Assembly (NCBI GenBank): GCA_044356455.1
Contig: JBIKWF010000069.1
Span: 1 to 22,161, forward strand
Length of the DNA: 22,161 bases
From: Bdellovibrionota bacterium
GTDB taxonomy: Bacteria > Bdellovibrionota_C > UBA2361 > JBGSMV01
Direction: 5' to 3'
In this document: piece by piece, positions 9,711-16,307 of the stretch
How the letters are laid out: every line of letters starts with the position of its first letter
Position numbering within the stretch: the first letter of the stretch is position 1
Program-made: the position numbers and the translations under genes
Notes under the pieces: generated by a model
What the model was told of the DNA's origin: nothing
The model's database searches: none
Seen by the model: the letters and a program-made list of their open reading frames with translations, nothing else

Positions 9711-10331
9711 ATGCAGATGAGCGAGGCGCCGCTTACAAGTTTAGAAATCCTTAGCGCCCTGAGTCATGCACTCAGTCACCAGATTCGCACACCGCTTTCC
9801 GTTATCTCTAACGACCTCTTTTATCTCCAATCACTTGTTCCTGAGGGTGAGTGCGCGCGTGCGCTTAAACGGTGCCAGGAAATAAGTGCAGTCTTGCAAA
9901 GCGTGGCGCTTCAAGAAGAGCTTTTTGAGTCACCCGCGGCTATTTCTGCGAGAGAGGCCTTTGGGCTGTTTTCTTCTGAGGAACAGCGCGGCGCAGATAA
10001 GATTCTCGTTCAAGCTTCCCCAGCTATTTTGGAGCTGCTTGGAAAAAGTCTCAAGGAGCTGCTTGCTCTTCTAGGAACTGAGGCGGCGCGCTTTTCTCTA
10101 CGCTCTGCAGACTCGTGGGCGGTGCTCACGTTTTCTCAAGCGGTGAGCGCCGATTTTGCGGAGGGAGCTTTTGCGTCCTTTACCCGTTATTTTTCAGGGC
10201 ATGCGGCGCTTGATGCGGTGCAGCCCATGCTGCTTGACGCAATGACTGGGCATCTTAAGGGCACTGTTAAAGTGTGCTGCCATTCTGGGCTTCTTGAAGG
10301 GGAGATTTGTCTTCCCGGGAGGGTAGGATGA
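9711..10331 (+). CDS. Histidine-kinase-like (HisKA H-box) protein with degenerate ATPase domain
   Basis: H-box LSHQIRTPLSVI near the N-terminus. No sensor domain and no recognisable N/G1/G2 boxes. ATGA overlap with the downstream regulator. Confidence 0.65.
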   Translation: MQMSEAPLTSLEILSALSHALSHQIRTPLSVISNDLFYLQSLVPEGECARALKRCQEISAVLQSVALQEELFESPAAISAREAFGLFSSEEQRGADKILVQASPAILELLGKSLKELLALLGTEAARFSLRSADSWAVLTFSQAVSADFAEGAFASFTRYFSGHAALDAVQPMLLDAMTGHLKGTVKVCCHSGLLEGEICLPGRVG

Positions 10332-11692
10332 GTTCTGACGCTCGCCTGCTTTTAGTCGATGATGATGGAGAAGCCGTGCTTAGTCTCTCCCGCGCTTTGC
10401 GCGCGGCGGGATTTAAGGGGGCGCTTGAGGCTGCGGGCAATGCTGAGAAAGCCCTCGCGTTAGCCCTTGAGAGAGACTTCCACGTGGCGGTTATTGATCT
10501 CACCCTGGACGTACGAGAAGGGCCTGAAGGCGGATTTAGGCTTCTTGGTCAGATAGTGCGGGACTTTCCGCTCTGCCGCATCATTGTGCTCACCGGCAAC
10601 GCGAGTTTGCAGCATGGCGTGCGCGCCTTAAGCTCTGGAGCTGCCCATTTCTTAGAGAAGCCTGCGGACCCACGGCATCTTTCGGCGCTTATAGAAGACT
10701 CGGTACGTCAGTCTAACCTAAGGCGTGAATTTGAAGCGCTCAAGCGAAATGAACCTAAGGATGGAATTCAGCTTATCATTGGTAGTTCTCCGGCTGCGGA
10801 GCGAATTCGGCAGGAGGTGCGCTTCGCGGCCAGCCATGCGCAAGCGGTGTTGATTACGGGAGAGACGGGCACAGGAAAGGGGCTTTGTGCGCGCGCAATT
10901 CATGAAGCGAGTTCTAGGAGAGCCCAGCGCCTGGTGCGTTATCAACCAAGCTTCTCCAATGCCGACCTTGTGACGAGCGATCTTTTTGGTCACCAAAAGG
11001 GTTCCTTCACTGGCGCGGAGGGGACTCGCATGGGACTTATTGAACAAGCTGAGAACGGAACGCTTTTTCTTGACGAGATAGATGCGCTCCCGCTAGAGAC
11101 ACAAGTGAGTCTTCTTGGTGTGCTTCAAGAGAAGCGTTATCGCCCAGTCGGCGCTTCCGAAGAAAAAGAAGCGCGCTTTCGGTTACTTTGCGCCTCTAAT
11201 CAAGATTTGGAGCAGTGCGTAAAGAATGGGAGCGTGCGCCGTGACTTTTTTCACCGCGTAGCGCACGCGACCATTCACTTACCGCCCCTCCGTGAGCGCG
11301 CTTCCGATATCCCTGAGCTTGCGGCCTATATTCTTTCTCAGGTGCGAACTCGTGAGCAGCTTAATGTGTTTGAGTTTTCGAGCGCCGCGCTCACCGCTCT
11401 TCAGCAGCATGCCTGGCCTGGCAACATTCGCGAGTTTGAAGCCGTGGTTGAGGGCGCCGTTTTTCGCGCTCAGTTTGAGCAACGCAGCATAGTGGAAGCG
11501 AGTGATGTGCACGTGCTTTCAAGAAGCCCCTCTGGTTCTGAGCTTACGTTCAGCGACCAAGTAGAAGAATATAAGCGAAAGTTAATCCAGGATGCTCTTG
11601 ATAAGAACGCGGGGAATCAAGCAAAGGCAGCGCAGAGTTTGGGGCTTGACCGTTCTACCTTGAGACGAATTCTTGAGCGGACGGGCCGATAG
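10328..11692 (+). CDS. Sigma-54-dependent NtrC-family response regulator (REC-AAA+-Fis HTH)
   Basis: REC motifs LLVDDD, VAVIDL, VLTG, FLEKP. Walker A GETGTGKG, GSFTGA loop, Walker B LFLDEI, WPGNIRE. C-terminal NQAKAAQSLGLDRSTL HTH. Start at ATG 10328. Confidence 0.95.
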   Translation: MSSDARLLLVDDDGEAVLSLSRALRAAGFKGALEAAGNAEKALALALERDFHVAVIDLTLDVREGPEGGFRLLGQIVRDFPLCRIIVLTGNASLQHGVRALSSGAAHFLEKPADPRHLSALIEDSVRQSNLRREFEALKRNEPKDGIQLIIGSSPAAERIRQEVRFAASHAQAVLITGETGTGKGLCARAIHEASSRRAQRLVRYQPSFSNADLVTSDLFGHQKGSFTGAEGTRMGLIEQAENGTLFLDEIDALPLETQVSLLGVLQEKRYRPVGASEEKEARFRLLCASNQDLEQCVKNGSVRRDFFHRVAHATIHLPPLRERASDIPELAAYILSQVRTREQLNVFEFSSAALTALQQHAWPGNIREFEAVVEGAVFRAQFEQRSIVEASDVHVLSRSPSGSELTFSDQVEEYKRKLIQDALDKNAGNQAKAAQSLGLDRSTLRRILERTGR

Positions 11693-11705
11693 CCGTCGCA
11701 GTTAG

Positions 11706-11835
11706 GAAACCTCTGAAAAATTCACCTCTGTGTACCTCCGTGTCCTCTGTGGTGAAATTCTTCATGAAAAATTTCACCACAGAGGACACGGAGGTACACA
11801 GAAGTGCATTAAGAAAACAGATTTTTAGAGTCTCC
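11706..11835. mobile_element. MITE-like element with internal 33-bp perfect inverted repeat (9-mer family copy B); probable bidirectional terminator
   Basis: Left end GAAACCTCTGAAAAA. Inner IR 11727-11759 / 11770-11802. The degenerate right end TTTTTAGAGTCTCC abuts the flagellin stop. It lies between convergent genes. Confidence 0.7.
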
Positions 11836-13089
11836 TCAGGAATCTTGAAGAAGTTTTAGCAAGAGCGCCGGTGATTGATTCGCTTGTGCGAGCACGGCGG
11901 AGGCTACGTCTTGCTGAATTCTTGATTTAAGAAGAGCGCCCGCCTCGCTTGCCACATCAACATCCTGAATTCTTGATGCCGCCGCTTCGGTTGTTTCTCG
12001 CATGCTGCCGAGGAGATTCTTCGCACTTTCGAGGCGGCTTAAAAAAGCGCCGAGCTGACCGCGAGACGATTGAAGCTGAGCCACTCGATTTTCAATGACG
12101 TCCAAAGCTTCGAGGGCGTAGGCTTGAGTGTCGATTTGCGTAAATTCAAGGGCAGAGACTGGAGCGGTTTGTCCAGGGCTGCCGTCGGCAGGGAGTTCGT
12201 TAAAAAATCTTAAGCCTCCGAGATCAATTCCTGCTCGTGTTTGGCTTCCTGAGATTTGTCCGGTGCTTGAGTCGTAACTGAATGAGGCTGAGCTTTCATA
12301 GATCAATTCTCCTGCTGCGTTTCTGCTAGCGACAAGCATGCCGACGCCGCTCGCAAAAAAGTCGGCATTTCCGCTAAATACTACATATTTCGTGCTGCCA
12401 TTAACTTCTACCCGTCCAATTGAGCCATTCCCAAACTTTCGGAAAAGTTCCTCGTCGACCACGGCTCCTTCGGAGAGAGAGGTAATTAAATTAGTGAGTT
12501 CAACGAGATCGCTCCCATCGTAGGTTCCATCCGCGGGGCCTGAGCCACCTCCATCAGTGAAGTCTGCCGAGATAAGAATGTTGCCGCTCAGCCGCCCGCT
12601 GTCGGTAAGATTAAAACCCGTCACGGGGTCTCCAGTTCCACGAATCCCCACTTGAAAGGAAAGTGAGCTTGGGGTTCCTGTACGCCCACCTCGCAATAGC
12701 TTTACCGAGTTAAATTCAGCGGTTTCGCCCTGACGGCCGATCTCAGCAACGAGGCTAAGGTATTCGGTGTCGAGAGACTCGCGCTGAGTGGCGGAGAATG
12801 ATCCGTTTGCAGCTTGGGTGGCTAATTCGCGGAGCCGGTCAAGAATTGAAACTTGGGTAGAGAGTGCGCTCTCTGCAACCGAGAGAGCGGATATGGCATC
12901 GTTAGTGTTTCTGAGAGCTCCGGCATAAAGTCGAGAATTGACTTGAAGACGCGCGGCAACCGCGAGTCCTGCTGGGTCGTCGCTCCCACGGTTGATGCGC
13001 AGACCGGACGCAAGTCTCTCCGCCGAGCGTTCAAAGTCGCTCGTTGCGCGCCCTAGTTGGCGCTGTGCTCTGAGAGAATCGATCTTCAC
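11836..13089 (-). CDS. fliC: Flagellin with shortened N-terminus
   Basis: SLRAQRQL...ERLASGLRINRGSDDPAGLA, RLRELATQAANGS, RGQLGAFLSRLE, SRIQDVDVASE, VLAQANQSP. Probable GTG start at 13089 after AAGGACGAG; the ORF-track start at 13125 is also possible. Confidence 0.9.
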   Translation of the reverse strand: MKIDSLRAQRQLGRATSDFERSAERLASGLRINRGSDDPAGLAVAARLQVNSRLYAGALRNTNDAISALSVAESALSTQVSILDRLRELATQAANGSFSATQRESLDTEYLSLVAEIGRQGETAEFNSVKLLRGGRTGTPSSLSFQVGIRGTGDPVTGFNLTDSGRLSGNILISADFTDGGGSGPADGTYDGSDLVELTNLITSLSEGAVVDEELFRKFGNGSIGRVEVNGSTKYVVFSGNADFFASGVGMLVASRNAAGELIYESSASFSYDSSTGQISGSQTRAGIDLGGLRFFNELPADGSPGQTAPVSALEFTQIDTQAYALEALDVIENRVAQLQSSRGQLGAFLSRLESAKNLLGSMRETTEAAASRIQDVDVASEAGALLKSRIQQDVASAVLAQANQSPALLLKLLQDS

Positions 13090-13276
13090 CTCGTCCTTGA
13101 AACTTTGGCGGTGCTTCTTGCACACGTCCTCAACATCAGAAATCGGTAAGAATATAAGGGGGGTAGATACTTGGGGGCGGAATGAACATCACGAGGGCTC
13201 GGGAAGCATGAATTGGCGGCTTTCTTAGTGAATGCTCGTAGGGGAAACAATGAGAAACAGGGGGCGAGGGAACAGA

Positions 13277-14390
13277 ACCTGAGAGGCAGAGCGCTACGCT
13301 GGAGAATTCCTTTGGGGGAAAACCTCTCTGGCGCGGCGCTCTTCAGTCGTGGACGAGTGTCCATACGCGACCGATGCCATGCCCAATGAACCTCTCAGGT
13401 AGGAAGACCGCGCGGAGTGGCGGTGTCCATTTTGTTCGCGTTCTAAATCTCCAATTGGGGTTGAAAGTGCTGTCTCAAAGCACTTCGATGATGCTTCTTC
13501 CCGCAGTCAAATTGCGGCGTCGGACTCTACATAGTCAGGCGGTGGCTGCAGCCTTCCTCGGAGCAGGCTTGCGGCCCCTCGCGAGATGCTCGGCCTTGAG
13601 CTGCAGATGCCGCTCGTGCAACTGCCTCCAGGCCGAAATGGCATGGGTCGGGTCGCTGCCACGGAAGACTGGCAGTCTGTCCTTGGCCGGCTTGTCGAGC
13701 TCGCGAAGCGCCCCAGCTGAGGCAGCAACGAGAGTTGTCGGGCCGAGGAATGAGAGCGGAACGAGCTTGTCACGGAAGGTTCCGTGTAGCACGAGCGCCT
13801 TCTCCACTGGACAGTGCCGAATGTCGAGGGCAGGCCTTGGGAAGCCCGCGTCCTTCAGGTGTGCGATGATTTGCACCCGAAGCAGCTCTCGGCTCTTGGG
13901 GGACTTGGGAAGATCTGCCACGGGGAGCTCCACGAGATGCTCCCCGAACAGTCCGCCCGGCTGCTTCATGGCTTCGGCGACAACCAAAAGCCCGTAGAGC
14001 ACCATGCCAGAAGCGAGAGTTGGGTTAACGCCGAGCTCCCTTTCCGCGTAGTGCGCTTCGATGTGCGCGAGCACATCCTTGCCAAGATGCCGATCTTTTC
14101 CGTCAATTCTGATAACTGCCATGAGAACTCCTCTGTCTGAGGGCCTTGCCACACTAAGAGCGTCTCTTCTCTTAGGTGACCCCCCTCATGCCACGTGCAT
14201 GAGGGTAAACGCCCCGCCACGAGCGGATGCGCTTCACTGAGTCGTGGGGACTGCCACGGCTTAGCGAAGCGCATCTATTCGGACGAACAGAAGGAGGAGC
14301 AGGAAACGTGAACTACCTAAAAACCTTTACAGCGTAGCGCTGCCTCTCAAAAATCGTACGCCATGGGCGTGCAATTTTTGAGAGACAACG
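13277..14390 (-). other. Structured cassette 1 (terminal inverted repeats enclosing an ORFan)
   Basis: TGAGAGGCA-GA-GCGCTACGCTG (13280-13301) is complementary to CAGCGTAGCGC-TGCCTCTCA (14330-14349). Local stems 13277-13286/13391-13400 and 14338-14390. Confidence 0.7.
13535..14122 (-). CDS. Hypothetical protein, 195 aa, basic C-terminal tail (cassette 1 ORFan)
   Basis: Long GC-rich ORF with AGAGGAG SD before ATG 14122 (MAVIRIDGKD). No family recognised. Confidence 0.75.
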   Translation of the reverse strand: MAVIRIDGKDRHLGKDVLAHIEAHYAERELGVNPTLASGMVLYGLLVVAEAMKQPGGLFGEHLVELPVADLPKSPKSRELLRVQIIAHLKDAGFPRPALDIRHCPVEKALVLHGTFRDKLVPLSFLGPTTLVAASAGALRELDKPAKDRLPVFRGSDPTHAISAWRQLHERHLQLKAEHLARGRKPAPRKAAATA

Positions 14391-14594
14391 ATGATAGTCT
14401 TACTCAATTCAAAGCTTTGAAAGAACACCTGAGAGGCACGCAGCATGAGAAGAAGAACCTTCTCAAAACCGAGTGGCGCTCGCTTACTCCTTGGTGGGCG
14501 GGAGTGCGGCGCAAGATCCTCTCAGGCTCAGGGCAGCGCGTGGTGGCGCGGCCCTGATGGTGGGGAGGGGGGCGAGAAGCTGTGTGCTCAGCGA

Positions 14595-15194
14595 TTAGGT
14601 CTTGGGCTCAGCATAGCTGACCCAGGTGTCCTTGTTCTCTGACTTCCGCACCGAATTCGGCCAGCCATTCTTCTGGCGCGACTTCATGAAGCGCACCAAA
14701 TAGCGAGCGATGCCGTGCGCGAGGTCAACCCCGAAGAGCTGCTCGAAGGGGATGACCACTGGAGAGCCACTGGCATTCACGCCGTGGCCCCGGAGCCGCG
14801 AAGGCTCCTTTCGCCCTCCGTCCTTGATGCCGAAGCGCGGGAGGAACTTCAGGGCCTCCACACCTTGGCATGCGGCCTGAAGATTGCGCGGCAAAGCGAG
14901 ATCAAGTCCGTTCCGCGTGAAGATGTCTCCGCTGAGACCTTCGAACATGGGATCCTGGCCCGTGATCCCGCAGACCACGTGCATGGCATAGGCCTTGGCC
15001 AGGAGCTTCTGGTCCCGATCGAGCCCGAGCTTGGCCTGCGCGGCCAGCTTCTGGATGAGCGCGTCATAGACGCACTCGGCGTTCCTGCGCTTCGTCACAA
15101 GAGCAGGCTCTTGTGACTGACTTCTCCTGCGGCTTGCCCTCGAAAGGGGGCCGCGGGGTGCCTTGCTTCGGCGAACTGCAACGGTACTGCTCAT
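14595..15194 (-). CDS. Hypothetical protein, 199 aa, Arg-rich N-terminal arm (cassette 2 ORFan)
   Basis: AAGGAG SD before ATG 15194 (MSSTVAVRRSKAPRGPLSRASRRRSQSQ). GC-rich; no family recognised. Confidence 0.75.
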   Translation of the reverse strand: MSSTVAVRRSKAPRGPLSRASRRRSQSQEPALVTKRRNAECVYDALIQKLAAQAKLGLDRDQKLLAKAYAMHVVCGITGQDPMFEGLSGDIFTRNGLDLALPRNLQAACQGVEALKFLPRFGIKDGGRKEPSRLRGHGVNASGSPVVIPFEQLFGVDLAHGIARYLVRFMKSRQKNGWPNSVRKSENKDTWVSYAEPKT

Positions 15195-15311
15195 GCTTAC
15201 TCCTTGTCTCTGGAGCCTAGCGGTCCACTCAGCCACGAACTGAGTGCGACGAGTTGCTCTGGCGAATTTTGCCATGAGCACCTCGCCTCATTTGCGAAGG
15301 AAAATTCCCCC

Positions 15312-15378
15312 CTTAGTGGTCTTGGTGTTCTTAGTGGTTGTTTTTAAAACCACCACTAAGAACACAAAGACCACTAAG
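15312..15378. repeat. 9-mer-based palindromic repeat, copy C
   Basis: CTTAGTGGTCTTGGTGTTCTTAGTGGT (15312-15338) / ACCACTAAGAACACAAAGACCACTAAG (15352-15378). Confidence 0.85.
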
Positions 15379-15678
15379 AGGATGGGGGGGCGAGCGCCGC
15401 AAATGAAGCGAAGTGCTCAAGGAAAAGACGATTTTAGAGGGGAGCGGGCATAGAAGTAGAGGTACGGTTATCAAAACCTTTTAGTTACATGCTGCTGCCT
15501 CTCGTTCAGAGCTTGCTCTCGGCGCAGCCTCAAAAGAGGCGCGTAGGGGCAAGGCGCTGAGCGAGAGACAGGAAAATGCTAACTACCTTAATCTACTGTA
15601 AATGAACGGCCTCTGGTCTATCGGGCGACCAGCAAAAGAGTCTCCTGGAATGTTCCTGTGAGCTGCTGTTTGTGTGTC

Positions 15679-15706
15679 CTAACAAGGCGCTAACACTTTG
15701 CTAACA
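15679..15706. promoter_or_regulatory. Three helically phased CTAACA direct repeats (candidate OmpR/PhoB-type operator)
   Basis: CTAACA at 15679, 15690 and 15701, an exact 11-bp period. Confidence 0.45.
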
Positions 15707-15773
15707 TTGGCTGGGGGGGCTAGTAAAGCACCATTTGTAGTTTAAAAGGTAAATTTGGATTTGCGCTTAATTT

Positions 15774-16118
15774 TTAATCCGCTCGTCTTGGCGGGCGCCC
15801 TGTGACTTCAGATGGATTCGAGCGAGACGAGCCTAACTCTCTTGAGGCGTGTGGGTATTGTTGCTGAGGCTGCTCTGTGGTTCCAAAGCCTCCCTCTCGG
15901 TGAGGGGTGCCTTGGTGAGGGGTGCCTTGGTGAGGGGTGCCTTGGTGAGGAGTGCCATTGAAGGATGCGGGCAAGGTCAGCGAGGAGTAGTTGATTGGTA
16001 CGCGAATGACGCCTTCGTCTCCGGTAGGAAATTCATAAACTTGCGGAGTACCAGCTGTTTCTCCGCTGGTCTTTCCGGCGCCACCAACTTGAGGGGTATC
16101 TTTTTGCATATCAGCCAC
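15774..16118 (-). CDS. Hypothetical low-complexity protein with GTPH[QR] repeats
   Basis: GGAGGTG SD upstream of GTG 16118. In-frame 15-bp repeats; 114 aa. Confidence 0.55.
   Translation of the reverse strand: MADMQKDTPQVGGAGKTSGETAGTPQVYEFPTGDEGVIRVPINYSSLTLPASFNGTPHQGTPHQGTPHQGTPHREGGFGTTEQPQQQYPHASRELGSSRSNPSEVTGRPPRRAD
15899..15958. repeat. 15-bp tandem repeat x4
   Basis: GGTGAGGGGTGCCTT x3 plus GGTGAGGAGTGCCAT. Confidence 0.9.
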
Positions 16119-16235
16119 GCAACACCTCCGTTTGAAAGGGCTGACTTCGTATCGCTAATCTTGGGGCTACGCAAGAGGGGAGCTGTTCGAAGGCTCTGAA
16201 AAGAGTCCGCTCGGTGGACTCTCCTTTCCATGTTT

Positions 16236-16307
16236 TAAATCAACCACAGGAGGCGCGGAGGACGCAGAGAGAGAAAAAATAACATGCTGAGGTTTTTCAA
16301 AGGTTCC
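16236..16307. mobile_element. Right half of the MITE-like element (copy D)
   Basis: AACCACAGGAGGCGCGGAGGACGCAGAG...AAAAAATAACATGCTGAGGTTTTTCAAAGGTTCC resembles 17168-17230 and abuts the stop codon of the SnoaL gene. Confidence 0.6.

Larger units (their letters stand above)
14428..15571 (-). other. Structured cassette 2 (terminal inverted repeats enclosing an ORFan)
   Basis: GAGAGGCA-C-GCAGCATG (14431-14447) is complementary to CATGCTGC-TGCCTCTC (15488-15503). Local stems 14428-14436/14518-14526 and 15495-15571. Confidence 0.7.

Noticed and set aside
13125..13200. Sigma-28 promoter for the flagellin
   Set aside because: ACCGATTT only loosely matches the -10 and there is no TAAA at the correct spacing.
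13288..13346. Hammerhead ribozyme (minus-strand CUGAAGA followed by a stem)
   Set aside because: No GAAA follows the putative stem II, so the catalytic core is incomplete.
13388..13412. Glycine riboswitch-like AACCTCTCAGGTAGGAAGACCG
   Set aside because: The upstream CCGAAG core is missing, there is no downstream gene on the + strand, and CCTCTCAGG is explained by pairing with ACCTGAGAGG.
14363..15453. Small plus-strand ORFs 14363-14557, 14445-14642 and 15244-15453 (and 8006-8188)
   Set aside because: They overlap structured or palindromic elements (TTKNTKTTK is the translated 9-mer repeat) and lack good SD sites.
13277..15571. Classical IS, retron, integron cassette or hin-type invertase system
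   Set aside because: Neither ORF shows DDE, HUH, RT (YADD) or Ser/Tyr recombinase motifs. No target duplication and no convincing attC RYYYAAC/GTTRRRY pair were seen.
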